From: Eledone cirrhosa
Taxonomy: Eukaryota
Reading direction: 5' to 3'
NCBI GenBank assembly: GCA_964016885.1
Contig: OZ024740.1
Coordinates: 395,932,001-395,996,000, forward strand
DNA length: 64,000 nucleotides
Shown here: positions 12,836-27,029 of the stretch, in pieces
How positions within the stretch are numbered: position 1 is the stretch's first letter
How the letters are laid out: every line of letters starts with the position of its first letter
Notes under the pieces: model-generated
Told to the model about the DNA's origin: nothing
Database searches by the model: none
What the model saw: only the letters and a program-made list of their open reading frames with translations
Program-made: the position numbers and the translations under genes

Positions 12836-13016
12836 TATAATTGTTTCTATTTTTGGCACAAGGCCAGCAATTACCCCAGTGCATTACTGGAACTTTATTT
12901 TACTGACCCCGTAAGGATGAAAGGCAAAGTTAACCTCGATGGGATTTGAACTCAGAACACAAAGGGCCATAACTATACTGCAAAGCATGGTGTCTGACGC
13001 TCTACCGATACTGCTT
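12836..13016 (-). mobile_element. SINE family A copy, inverted
   Basis: Reverse complement of 9264-9458 and 11468-11590. Confidence 0.88.
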
Positions 13017-16000
13017 TCATCTATTTTAGGGTAAAATAGACAAATCCAAACTGAAATGATGTGCTTGTGGTAAATTATGTGGCATCATGAAAAGATGCTA
13101 CTATGCTTGAAGCACAGTGTTTGACCAGTGTGCCATACAGGAAAAATTAATTACGGAGCACAGACATAGGGAATGGCTAAAAACATGGAACAGAAGCTTA
13201 ATGTGATGAGAATAAACAGCATCAAAGGGTTAAAAGTACTTGTGGATGACACATAGGAAAAAAGTAAGGTCAAATCTCAGAATTCTGCAAATCACAAACA
13301 AAATGTTACATGATTATGAAGAATAGTGGTATTCTGTTCAGCAGATTACAAACCATGCCTACATGGAAATATTGTTATTAAACTGATGAGGACATTGCCC
13401 TAGTATTATATCAAGGTGACATTAACAAACACAATGTTACAATCCACCTTTTAAAGACACTATATGATTCGAGATATCTGATAGATTGCTTGATTATACT
13501 GCTCTATCAGAGCTTTCCTTGTTGACTAAATAACACACTAGGCATTGAACATTCATTTGAAAAGAGAAAGTACTCAAAGTACTCAAGTGCAAATATTTAA
13601 AACATCAACTGTCTATTGGTCTCTCTGAAACATTACATTTGTTCACATTAATAATGCCAATCCTAAAACCACTTAGCTTCAGTCTAGGTCCATTATAATA
13701 TTGAGATTATTTAGCATCCTGTTTTCTTCTCTAGCTAGACAATCCATGCTTGTCCAATGTAGCAAAGACAGATTTGATAAATCATTTATGATTAACCCAT
13801 GCAAGCGTGGAATATGGACGTTAAACGATGATGATGATGATGATACATGTCCATTGATCTTACTATTAGTAGTAGTAGTTAAGGCGAAGGGTTGGTAGAA
13901 TTGTTAGAGCATCAGACAAAATTCTAGGCAGCATTTAGTTACAGCTCTTTACATTCTGAGTTCAAATCCCACTGAAGTCAACTTTGCCTTTCATCATTTT
14001 GGTGTTAATGTACCTCCTCAAATTACTGGCCTTGTGCCTAAATTAGAAACTATTATTATTATTAGTAATAATATTATTACTAGGTTCAGTACTCCTAAAA
14101 ATGCAATGGAGTGGTAAAAATGATAGAGTCCTTAACTAAATGATTTGCAGTATTTAAGTTTGTTCCTCCATGATTGCGTTCCACTTGTTAACTTTCCATT
14201 TCTTCCTTCCACAGTCAATAAAATAAGTTCCAAGTGAGTCTTGCATTCAGTTCAAGAGTTCAAATGACAAACAGAGCAAACAAACACACTGGAGTTCCAC
14301 TGCTTCATTCTACCTACTAACAATTCTTTTTTATGATTTTACATCCATTTACAATTCGCAGTTATTTAGTTGTTCAATGAATTATAATTACAGTCAAGTA
14401 TCCTTCCAGCTGCTAGCCACTCAAATGAAAAGGAATGAAACTATTTTACATCTATTTAAAAAAGTTTGCATGAACAGAGTGGTTTAGTTGTTCAACTGTT
14501 TTTATTGTTAAGTGTTCTACCTACTACCAATAACATTAGATATTATAAGCAGCAATTTGAAACACAAAACAGCAACAACCTCTTTTATGGTACATAATTT
14601 GAGAAGATGGAATAGTAAGTGTTCAGTAGTATAATTAATAAAGTAACCAATGAGCAAGCTACAGTTATGTGGTGGTTCATATTCCATCAGTGGACCTGTT
14701 GTTTCTTTCCAATGGAGAGATCCTGAGTAAAATTGGAGAGGAACCACAATAAAAAAAGGTACCCAAAACATTTTTTTATCGTGGTTCCGCGCGCGTGCGT
14801 GCGTGCACAGTTTTTTTTTTAATAGGTACACTATCTCTGTCTTAAGAGGTGACCAAATGAGTTAGAATCAAGAAAGGCATTCAGCTGTAAAAGTGGAAGT
14901 AAAAACGATGGTGTGAGTGTGTGTGTACTGTATACGATGATGTGACTGTGTGTGCGTGTACTGTATACAAGCAAACACAGATCTTAACAGCTCACCTCAT
15001 AAAATTACAATTTGACAAACTAAGGTAAAGGTAAATTCATAGCTATAAGAATCTGTAGTACTACTTTGACAAAAAAAATGTTGCTAGCTTGCAGTGTTCA
15101 GTTCAAATTATTCCCATGAATATGAAAAAAAACAGCAGAGATATATCTGAATGCAACACTCTGCAAATAAGATAAAACTTGTGATGCAACAAAGGATCGG
15201 CCATTAATAGAGAAATGAACAGACTATGAACTTATCCCTCGACTCATTAGTTCAACAAATGTTAAAATAACAGCAATTGATACCTCTGTCTTTCAGTAAG
15301 ACTTTGAACATAATATTCTTTAGATACATAGATTTCACAATGACTTATTTGAAACGAACCATTCAGCAATCTCTAAACTGCAGCCTATATAAAATAAACA
15401 TGCCTTTCAAGATCAACTCTTAGATGGTTGAATATGCCTTGGCCAATAGTAGATCCTGTATCTACTTTCCCCAATCTTTGATTCTCTTTCATTTAGCCCT
15501 TTAGCATTTAAACTGGCCATATCGAGCCAGAATTCTCTCACCTCTTTCTGTTCAAACCAGTTGTAACCGGCTGCTCATACTGATGTTAAGGTATTGTTCT
15601 CAAAATAAATAATATTAATATCTCAGATTCCATATTGTGTGAGATAAAGCCTTTACCGTGAGACTAAAATAGTAAATATAGAGTAATGTGAATGCTAAAG
15701 TAGGGTGAACTCATTGAATTTCCATACTCTGTAAACACCTCACATATAAATAAAAATTTATTTTCTAAGTTTGAGACATGGACACAAATTTTGCAGGGAA
15801 GAGGTATAATTGATTTAATTAACATTAGTATGCTATCATTTGTTGTTTTTTAAATCAACCACAGAGGGCTGAAAACCAAAATTAATCACAGAGGGCTGAA
15901 AACCAAAATCAACCCTCACAGAATCTGAACAGACTATATGGAGATGTAACTAAATATCTGAAAGCAATTGCTGTTTCTACTGCTCTGATACACTATATTA

Positions 16001-16954
16001 ACTAGTGAAACCCATAGAAATTCCATATTTTATAAATGTTCTTATTTTTAATTCAATGCATAAATTTATAGATCTTCATAATATTGTTTCTTTATGTTAC
16101 AGATTTTGATTAGGTTTTCTGTTATATTTCATAGTGAAAGTGGTTAGAAACCTAACATTGAAACGTGGCATGCAGAATATTACAAATGTTTTCTATCAGC
16201 CACAAGGTCACAAATTTAAGGGAGTACATAGTCAAAATGATTCCACACATTTAGCAGGTACTTATTTTATCAACAACCTCCAGGAGGATTTGAACTCGGA
16301 ACATAAAGGGAGATAACTAAATACAACAAAATATTGTCCACCTCTCTCCTGATTCTACCATCCACCAACCACAATGGGTGTTCTCAGATATGTTGCTAGA
16401 AAAAACATTTAATGCATTACTTTAGCATATCTACCACTTCACTATTGTAACATTATCTACTGCAGTCTTAACTAGAAATAAAACCTTATTGTGATCACAA
16501 TATTATCAAGCATTAACATTAATTTACCTTTCGAATAATTTACATATGACCCACTAATTAGATAACTGTCTGCAATCAAAGTACAGCAAAAATAGAAACA
16601 AAAAAGTGCTGTTATCAATATGACATTATTTAGGCCGACTACAAAGACAACTGTATCCTACTTATTTTTACTAATAACAAAAAATTTGATACCAAAACAC
16701 TAGCTGTCCTTGATCTGCTTTTAAAAAAAACTGAGTATCAATACCGCCCTCTAACTTTTATCTCACTTTTACGCTACTCTTTATAACAAACCATAACAAA
16801 TTTATGTGATTTCAGGACAAACATACCAAAAATATACTATATACCTGACCCAACAACAACCAGTTTAATCAAAAAACTTACATCACATATTTGCATTTCC
16901 TAATCGTTTACTCTTAATTTGACATCTAACCTATTTTGTGGCTTTTATAAACAA

Positions 16955-17914
16955 CTAGCAGCAGTACCCAGCGTTGCCTGGGTAGGTAAAATAATATCTG
17001 CTTTGATGAAAAGGTGTTGATCTTAGCGACTGCTTCGATGACTCATCTATGGCCACACACAGGCCATGCGGGAGAGGGTGGTGATGACCTCTATCACTGA
17101 GAAATGCAGGTGACTGACGAAGGGGCATGCTGGGGGAGGGAGGTAATTACCTCTAACACTAAGCCAAATTTCCTCACGCTACTTGATTGGAAACCGATGA
17201 ATTCTCAAATACACAACTTAAAGCTCAGATGACCTCAGTGGCCATCGATTTGCCTTTGACCATCTATAAGATGTGCAATGATAGGTTCTATCGTAGTATA
17301 AAAGTTGAACCAAATAAATTGATTTATGTGTGAGGTGGAGCCGAAGTTTCGAATTTGAACGAAATCGGTTGAAAAATGTGGGAGCTAGAGCCGAAAAGTT
17401 GGAAATTTGAGCGAAAAGGTGGTATTTTCGAATATTTAAGCAGTTGCCATGCGGTTCCTGAACAAAAATATCCAAAATGTAAAGCCACTTTAAGACGTGA
17501 AATAATCAGATCTAGCGTAGTGTAAAATTTGAACAAAGTAATGTGGGAGCTAGAGCCGAAAAAGTGGAAATTTGAGTCTAAAAGTGGTATGTTTTTATAT
17601 TTAAGCGGCTGCCACGCCGTCCCTGAACAACAAATGCAAAATATACAGCCATTACAGGATGTGCAATGATAAATTCTATTTTGCTTTAAAATTTGAACAA
17701 AATCGGTGGCAAAATGTGGGAGCTAGAGCCAAAAATCTTATTTTTCGATACCTAAAAAAAGGTGACCCCCCCTATTGATTTTTATCTGCAGAATGACCCT
17801 GAAATAAAAAAAAAACATGAGCCTGTAAAGTTTCATGAAAATCGGTCATAAGATGTAGGCCCCTATAGGTAATACACAGACACACACACACACATAATTT
17901 TATATATATACAGA
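16955..17914 (-). mobile_element. Non-autonomous Helitron
   Basis: The minus strand starts A|TCTGTATATATATAAAA and ends acccaggcaacgctgggtactgctgCTAG|T. It contains three internal ~165-bp subrepeats (aatgtgggagctagagcc). Confidence 0.82.
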
Positions 17915-18199
17915 TTAACAGAGGCAATCCCAGTGCATTAAATTATATAACTGTTTTGTGATTTCAGCAAATAAAATGGCAAATGTGTTACCCCAAAGAA
18001 TGACATGGTAGATATGCTAGAAGAGCTAATAAACTTCTTGCAGATGCCCATCTCCCTGATCAAACCGAGTAAAGAGGTGATTCAGGGGTGTATGGTCCTA
18101 GATGTTTCCACTACTTGAATGAGCTGCAAGATCCTCTATCACATTTACTTTCAGTTATACAGCATACCCTTTTATATGCTGATCTATTCACTAATGTAC

Positions 18200-18950
18200 T
18201 GAAATTAAAAACCCAAGTTACCTTTTACTTCTTGGTGATTTGGAACTTAGGGTATGTGTGTTTCTGATTTCCAAAATCAGAAAAATGGGTTGGACAAGTC
18301 CTTTTCAGTACAGCATCTCTCCACTTGCTGTGTCCCTTTTATCAAATGCATCTTGTAGGGCCTTTCTAAACCTATATTTAACAGAAAGGTCCTTTAGCTT
18401 CGAAACTTGCAGTCGCCATATCTTCCTTTGTATCTTGGCTCATCTTGTGTTTATCTTGATGTCACAAATAACTCAACTTGTGTCAGGCAATACATTCTTC
18501 CTCGTGGAAGGCCTTAGCACTTATTGCCCATCTGTCTTGTTATTTTACAAGAAAGAAATCAATCTGGCTTGTTTTCATCTGATTGGTATGTCATCAGATG
18601 GCTGACCAGTTTCTAACATTTATGTTGCAAATGATTAGTTCATTTGCATCACAGAATTCCAGGAGCCTCATTCCCTCTTCATTTTTTTTAACCATAACCA
18701 TAGCTAACTCCAGTACACGCATCCTGGTACTGTCCAAAATGTTCATTGAAGTCACCTGCCAAGATGATGAGATGTCTTTCATCAGTAACTGAGGTTGTCT
18801 GTAGAAGTTCCTCATAGAACTACTCCCTTTGTTCTTTACTCAGTCCTACCTGTGGTGCACAGGTAGATGTAATTGTCACTATTCTGTTTCCTACAGCTAC
18901 TCTAAGCTTGATAAATCTGTCACTTACTCTACCTCTATCACCTTATGGTT
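18200..18950 (-). mobile_element. RTE LINE endonuclease-region fragment
   Basis: Minus-strand remnants of GDFN, NEEGMRLLEFCDANELIICN and QIDF. Confidence 0.7.
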
Positions 18951-19883
18951 TCTAATTTAGACAAAAGGCTAGCAATTTGGTGGTGAAGAGAAAGTTGATT
19001 AAATCAACCCTTGAAAGATGAAAGCAAAATTGACTTCAACCCAATTTAAATTCAGAACATAAAAAGCTGGAACAAATATCACAAAGCATTTTGACACTAA
19101 TAATTTCGAAATGATTAATTAAAGAAAAAACTACAACAGAAAATGTAATCAAAACTGCTCAGCACTAATTAACTAAATATCTATTATTTTGATATAAAAA
19201 GGATATAAATGGTGTTACTATATTACATACTATTAAAATGCATAATTAAATTAATTTATTTCAGCACGAAATAATTGTGTATTGCATTATAATGTATATT
19301 AATTGCAGTTCAAAAATAAATTAAAAACATGTAAAAATGAATGATTATTCAGCTTCATTTATAAATGTGAATCATTTTGTTAAAAAAAATTTATCATCTA
19401 TAAACTTCCGATTTCAGTTCCCATAGTTCTGAGAACTACCAGAGATTAGAAGACAAAAACTAGGTTGAAAGAGAATAACATTAAGCTCAGTACTGACAGG
19501 GTAATTGGAGACACCAAGTAAACAACTGCCTATACAATTTCTTCAGACAGTAAAAGAGGGTTCAGTCTAACTGGTTTCAGTCCTATTCCAAATATAAGTA
19601 ATCCTACTTATATCACACATGCACGCACACACACTCTTTAATAACAATTTACCATTTTGTTTTTAATTGACCTTTGGAACCTAAATCATTTAAAATGTAA
19701 ACAAAGCACAACTTCAGTTTGTTGACGGTTGTAAATATCAGTAGGCATTTTTACCCTTCTTTCAAGGTTTACTATATCAATCAAAAGTACATTGGATTCA
19801 ACGATAACAATTAATTCCAATGAAAACATACTTGGTTTACTATGTTATTTTTAGTTGTTTAGTCCCATGTCACCACTAATTAA

Positions 19884-20099
19884 CCCTTTAGCATTTAGAT
19901 TACTCTATATTTGCTATTGTATTTTCATGGTAAATACTTTATCTCACATAACATTGAATCTATGAGATTTGGATATTATTTATTTTAAGAACAATACCTT
20001 AACATAAGTATGAGAAGCTGTTATGGCTGGTTTGAACAGAAAGAAGTGAAAGAAGTGAAAGAATTCTGGCTAGATATAGCCGGTTTAAATGCTAAAGGG
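19884..20099 (+). mobile_element. piggyBac-type MITE
   Basis: TTAA|CCCTTTAGCATTTA...TAAATGCTAAAGGG|TTAA: perfect 14-bp TIRs with a TTAA target. Confidence 0.9.
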
Positions 20100-21146
20100 T
20101 TAAGCAACCCAATGACCAAAAGTATCCCAGCTGTGACACCCCGTTTTCTATTCAGATGATGCAACTAGGACTACATAATCCAATTCATACTTCCTTTCCT
20201 TTTATAAGAAAATAAGGTGTAATTTTATGGAGACTTTTCCATATTTCTTTATGTAATTAACCGTAATATGCATTCCTGTGGTGCCATTGTTACGTCATAA
20301 TGCTATAACACAATTCCTAACATGAGACAGACCTTTGAAAAAACAACATCAAAAGCAGGTCTGTCTCCATATCAATATGTTGTAGTGTCTTGGATACCAA
20401 TTACATGATTAGATGTATTACCTGTCTGAAGATATTGTGTCACGAATTGTGTTATAGCCTCACAACAACAATAATAGTTGTATTATAGGCAATGGAGAGA
20501 TAGTCAAGTTGATAGGATACTGGAAAACTAGACAAGAGATTGTCAGCTCTCATCTTATCACAGATGAGAACTCACTAAATCAGAGATAAGGTACCTGTCA
20601 TCTTCAAGATGTGCCTTCTGGAAAGGACAAGGTTTTTCATAAAAAATAAATTTTTTCTTTAATATTTTCACAATAAATAATTATAATTACATTTTCCTGT
20701 AGTCTTTTTTTTTTTTTTTTTATTTTTTTTTTTTTATTACTAGTTTCAGTCATTGATCTGCATCCATGTTGAAGCACTACCTTGAAGGGATTTTAATTAA
20801 TCATATCGGCGGCTTATTTTCAAGCCTAGTACTTATTTTATTGATTTTTTTTCACATATCTTTTATGCACATATATTTGATCATTTTTTTAATTTCCTTA
20901 GTTCTTCATACTTAGTTTGGAAGAGTAGCGTTCCTAAACCCATATATGTATTAACATTTCAAAGCCTTTACAGCTTTATCTTGAGCATCAAAATGGTCAT
21001 ACAAGTGGTGCATGGTCATGTGTTTAACAGTGGTTGCAAAGTAATTTGGTATTTCTAGGAAATTATGAACTTCTAATTTAAAATTTCTCATGAGCTGAAG
21101 CATAGCAGTTATAGTTGGTGTCATGTATGCTATATCTGTGTGTTAA

Positions 21147-21349
21147 CCCTTTAGCATTTAAACCAGCTGTATCTGGCCAGAATTATCTCAACACTTTCTC
21201 TTCAAATCGGTCATAACTGGTCACTTATACTGATGTTAAGACATTGTTATCAAAATAAATATCAAAATCTCAGATTCGATGTTATGTGAGATAAAGCCTT
21301 TACTGCAAAAATATGATAGTAAATATAGAGTAATGTAAATGCTAAAGGG
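21147..21349 (-). mobile_element. piggyBac-type MITE, same family, opposite orientation
   Basis: Same TIRs and TTAA flanks; the interior is the reverse complement of 19884-20099. Confidence 0.9.
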
Positions 21350-22043
21350 TTAAATTATGGTTTATATTCTGATATTAGTAGAGCCTCCATAGTTGTTCAT
21401 CTTGTTTTGTGTGAAATTATATAAGAATTGTAGTGAATTTGACTAACAGTCCTTTCTAATTTTATTGCATGTACTGTATAGAAATGTGTTGCAATTGCTT
21501 TGTTATAAGTGCATAGGTAAACAGGAAGGTGTAGTGCAAAAATTAACACAGATACAGCCATGCTTCCTTCAACTGTTGAGAAATTTTTAATCTGGCATCC
21601 ATGATTTCCTATCACTTCCATTGTACATTACAACCACTACTAAGCATGTGACCAATTTGCCACTAGTATGACAATTCTGAGTCTGAAGATAGAACCATGA
21701 AGGATCAAAACTCTTTATACATGTGGATTTACGAAAGCTACAGTTCCAAACTATGCATAAAGAAATATGAAAAATCCTTCATAAAAGTGATCAAACTAGG
21801 GTAAAAGAGTAAACTAGAGCACAGTTGTATTTGAAACAAAAACTGTTCCTTATTTATTTACATTGGTGGTTTGGCAGTATCAGTAGAGGGTCGGACAACA
21901 TGCTTTGCAGCACAGAGTTACGCTCCTTTCTGATCTGAGTTCAAATCCTGCCGAGGTTAACTTTGCCTTTCATCCTTACGGGGTCGATAAAATAAAGTAC
22001 CAGTATTGCACTGAGATAATTGCTGGCCTTGTGCCAAAAGTAG

Positions 22044-22088
<45 letters not shown>

Positions 22089-24548
22089 ACATATACAATG
22101 GACTTCCGCAGTTTCCATCTACCAAATTTCACTCAAAGCATTGATCAACCCAAGTCTAGGACAGAAGACATTTGCCCAAAGTGCCTGAACACAAAACCTC
22201 AGTTACAAAACAAATTCCTTAAACATCCAGCCATGCCTATGTTTATATATTTAATAGAATTTTCTTTTAATGTCAGTTTATGAGATTGCAGCTAGTTCAA
22301 TGAGACCAACAAGATATGAAGATGTTCAACATTATTGTTTTCTAATTGAGATATGAAATAAATAACTATAGCTTTTCCTAAGAGAATAATCAAAGAATAA
22401 ATGTCTAAACATCTTAGAACCTTCAGTTCAAATCCTGCCAAAAAACAATGTTGCTTCCCAACACTGTTAAGTACCAGTAATATATATATACTTTGGTTGA
22501 TTCAAGTGATTATATCCTTCCTTTTACAATGTGCAACATTGAGCCCAAGGGAAAAAAAAAATCAATATGCAACCACTCATCAGTGAGTAGATATGACACT
22601 AAGTCTTCACATTGATTAATAAGCAGTTAAGCCACAAGTTGGGTGTGTACATAAAATTTAATAATATTTAAATCATTAATATTCTTAAGAAAGGTATAAA
22701 TTTCTGCACAACCATATTTACTAGTGACAGATTATGGTAAAAATGTAATATTAGAGTAAGGACTTTAATTTTTAATGTGATGCAGTCATAGTTTTATTTA
22801 AAACTTTTTCAAGAATGTCTTTGTTAATGCGGTATAAGATGTAAAGAGTTACATTGTATAAGGCCTTGTGCCTATGGAAGAAATTAACATTTTTCATAAT
22901 AGCCTCAATAAAGTGGCACAACCTGCTATATAGAAATAAATGACCTTCATACCATACACTGTCCACTTACAAAGAGAACACATTTGATAATATAACCTAT
23001 ATATGACTAAATAAAAAAAAAGTGGAGGGGCAGGGCATGCATGGAATGCTTTAGGTCTACTTAATCAGAACTAACCTAGGGTTAAACATTTTTCTTTAAT
23101 TTACATTACTCTATATTTACTATCCTATTTTCACGGTTAAAGCTTTACCTCAAATAATATTGAATCTATGAGATTTTGATATTTATTTTGAGAACAATAG
23201 CTTAACATCAGTACGAGTGCCTAGTTACAACTGGTTTGAACAGAAAGAGGTAAGGAAATCCTGGTTGGATACGGCCAGTTTAAAGTGTTAATGCAGGTTT
23301 GAAATGTAAGAATAAACTGGCATGACTCAAGGCCCAACAATAACTAGCAGTGTAATCAGATATATCCAGATATATACCACAAAAATATATGATGATGATG
23401 AGTTTACAACTTATCTATTCAACTTAAAAAAAACCTCAATTCAAAATATTATAGGTTGAATGGAAATTTGTGCAAAATAGAGGTGCAATTTATCTACTGG
23501 TGCAATTTATAGATGAATATATACAGTAATTTCATAGTTATTGTATCCTTTGATTATTATGTGATTTGGGGATGCACAAGTGGTTAGAGTATGTCACAAA
23601 GTCAGGAGAGAGAGCAAAGTAGAAGAGAAATGAAACTTTTCAAAATCATATTTGGTAGAGGAAATTTCAATGAACATCAATGAAGCAAATGTATAAAGAT
23701 TTAACACCAACATCTGGCCCTTGAGTGCCTTTAGAAAGGTCTACTTTCCGGCTAGAGGAAACCTCCTTCCCTTCCTCTTTAATGTCTCCGAGACCAGAAA
23801 AGGGCCTTGGTGCTACCCTCTTTCCCTCCTGACTAAATGGTTAAAAAAAAATCTTGTACAGGAATTATTTCTTTTATCGATGTGATGAAAAAAAAAAAAA
23901 AACTTAGCTCAATCGCCTATTCTTTTTTTTTCTTCGAATTCATAGTTATTGGAAATGTTGGTACTGCACTAGCACAAGTTTAAGGCACTGGACTATTGTT
24001 CTAAAAGGTCAGGAGTACAAATCTTGCTACACCTATTGTATTTCAAAGACCAGTTGTCATTAATCCCAAGTCAATCCTGATTAGACAGAATTGTGTCAAA
24101 GGTATACCAGCCATATTCATCCCATCTTTTTTGAGTCAGTGTATATCTAAGACTACATTATCCTTTCATTCTAGAGGGCAAGGTGGGTCTTAAAGATAAA
24201 TATGGCTACTATTTCTAGTTGGTCAAGTTACAATATGGAGTCTCTTTCATTGGCTCACTAAATTATGCTACTTTACGATTCAGTTAACAAAAGAACAAAT
24301 CATCAAATTGCAAAAACTTAGGAAAATAGAAATTACACTCAACATCATCACCAGTCATTATGCCCATTTTTCCATGTGTTGGGTGAGACCTTTTGAAGCA
24401 GAATTCTATAGTCAGATGTCCATCCTAAAGCCAACCATTTTCTTCTAAAGTACATATCTTCACATGTCTAACTGCTTAGTAGCAGGGTTTCTGTTTATAC
24501 AGAACAAAAAAATATTGAATGCAAACAGAAGAGTCAATATATATATAT

Positions 24549-25800
24549 GGAGGCACATGGCTTAGTGGTTAGAGCATTGGCCTTAGTAGTTAGAGCATTG
24601 GCCTTAGTAGTTAGAGCATTGGCCTTAGTAGTTAGAGCATTGGCCTTAGTAGTTAGAGCATTGGCCTTAGTAGTTAGAGCATTGGCCTTAGTAGTTAGAG
24701 CATTGGCCTTAGTAGTTAGAGCATTGGCCTTAGTAGTTAGAGCATTGGCCTTAGTAGTTAGAGCATTGGCCTTAGTAGTTAGAGCATTGGCCTTAGTAGT
24801 TAGAGCATTGGCCTTAGTAGTTAGAGCATTGGCCTTAGTAGTTAGAGCATTGGCCTTAGTAGTTAGAGCATTGGCCTTAGTAGTTAGAGCATTGGCCTTA
24901 GTAGTTAGAGCATTGGCCTTAGTAGTTAGAGCATTGGCCTTAGTAGTTAGAGCATTGGCCTTAGTAGTTAGAGCATTGGCCTTAGTAGTTAGAGCATTGG
25001 CCTTAGTAGTTAGAGCATTGGCCTTAGTAGTTAGAGCATTGGCCTTAGTAGTTAGAGCATTGGCCTTAGTAGTTAGAGCATTGGCCTTAGTAGTTACAGC
25101 ATTGGCCTTAGTAGTTACAGCATTGGCCTTAGTAGTTAGAGCATTGGCCTTAGTAGTTAGAGCATTGGCCTTAGTAGTTAGAGCATTGGCCTTAGTAGTT
25201 AGAGCATTGGCCTTAGTAGTTAGAGCATTGGCCTTAGTAGTTACAGCATTGGCCTTAGTAGTTAGAGCATTGGCCTTAGTAGTTAGAGCATTGGCCTTAG
25301 TAGTTAGAGCATTGGCCTTAGTAGTTAGAGCATTGGCCTTAGTAGTTACAGCATTGGCCTTAGTAGTTACAGCATTGGCCTTAGTAGTTACAGCATTGGC
25401 CTTAGTAGTTAGAGCATTGGCCTTAGTAGTTAGAGCATTGGCCTTAGTAGTTAGAGCATTGGCCTTGCAATTGAAAGGTTGTGAGTTCAATTCTCAGATC
25501 GGGTGATGTGCTGTTTCCTTGAGCAGACACTTTATTTCACATTGTGCAGTTTACTCAGCTGTAGAAATGAGATGATAGGGACTGGGTTCCCTATCATTCC
25601 ACTGCAAAGTGGTCGTGGAGGTGCCATGGTAAAAAAAAGCACCTAGCCCACACTGTAAAGTGGACATGTAGGCACCACGGAAAAAAAGCACCCAGCACTC
25701 ACTGTAAATGAGGTTGGTGTTAGGAAGGGCATCCAGCCAGAATCAGTTCCCGCCCCACCCCTGCAAGCAGGGAAAAACGGACGTAAAATGATGATGATGA
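24549..25800 (+). mobile_element. SINE family B copy carrying an internal 21-bp minisatellite
   Basis: The head ggaggcacatggcttagtgg is followed by the array, and the normal SINE body resumes at 25464. Confidence 0.9.
24561..25463 (+). repeat. Minisatellite: 43 x 21 bp (CTTAGTAGTTAGAGCATTGGC)
   Basis: 903 bp is exactly 43 units. Six units carry a G>C variant (TTACAGC), all in the 3' half. Confidence 0.98.
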
Positions 25801-25849
25801 TATATACACGCACGCGCATACACACACACATTCCTTCTGGGCAAAAAAA

Positions 25850-26622
25850 ATGATGCTACAAATTTTTCTGGTTGGAGTAGGTATTGTTAGCAGAAAAATG
25901 GGTAGATAAGGTAATTGCTGTAAATAAAGTGAACAGAATCATTAAACGTAGATTAGTCATAAATAGAAAAACTGTAACAATTATATCCTGCATATGGACC
26001 TCAATCTAGACTGTTAGACAAACTGAAATATAGGTTTTACGAATCTCTAATACACACTACTTCCCTAATAAGAGACAGTGGCTGCACAATCATTGCAGGT
26101 GACTTTAACAGGCATGTTGGACAACACTGATGGTTTTTACAGAGTTCACAGAGGTTTGGGGGCTGGTGCAAGAAATGAGGAAGGTTTTAGGCTCCCGGAA
26201 CTGCAATGCCAATGATCTATCTGTAACACAAACTTTAAAAAACCCAGACAATCACAGAATGCCAGCCAGATAGATTTTATCCTCAGTCTATCTTGTAAGG
26301 TGGTCATGATGGTGACATGAGAAAAGGCACCCAGTAAGGTGGTCATGTTAGTGACAATAAAAAGCACCCAGTCCACCCTGTAAGGTAGTTGTGTTTGTGA
26401 CATGACAAAATATACCCAGTCAATCCTGCTATGTGGTTGTCTCAGTGCCATGATAAAAAGCACCCAATCCACACTGTAGCATGGTTGGCATTATGAAGGG
26501 CATCCAACTGTAGAAACCAAGCCAAACTATAATGGCATGGTCACCTGACCTGAATTGTCTCAATGTGACAACCCATCTAACCCTTACAAGCGTGGAAAAT
26601 AGACATTAAATGATGATGATGA
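25850..26622 (+). mobile_element. RTE endonuclease fragment joined to an RTE 3' UTR/tail
   Basis: GVGIV, AYGPQS, IIAGDFNRHVG and RNEEGFRL remnants, then five ~45-50 bp subrepeats and a (GAT)n tail. Confidence 0.7.
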
Positions 26623-27029
26623 CACTCATACACACAAACACTATTCAACTATTTTTCAATTGTTTATTAATTCATTAATAACTGGAGGTTTTTCAAACAT
26701 ATGTTGATGTCTGTCAATCTACCTATCCCTTGATTGGCACTGTGTGCACAAAACTTTAAACCTGTTACAACTTTCCTCCCATTTGATAATTTCCGACATT
26801 AAATTAAGTCAAGTCTGTCTTTTATCCATCTTAAATTTTTTTTTTTATTATTTTGCTTTTGTTTATTATTAATTCATTACTAACCAAGACCCCAATGATT
26901 TTCTGGGGACATGATGATGACTTGTCATGCCTATCAATCCGTCTACTCTTTCTATTGGTGTTACATATGCAAAACTATTTAAGACAGAACAGTCAGGCTT
27001 AAATTAGCTTTAACATCAGAAATCATGAA

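Noticed and set aside
24561-25463. CRISPR-like array
   Set aside because: The units are contiguous with no unique spacers, there are no cas genes, and the context is eukaryotic.
24534-25506. 318/319-aa ORFs (KANALTT)n and (LVVRALA)n
   Set aside because: By-products of a stop-free 21-bp minisatellite inside a SINE; no evidence of coding.
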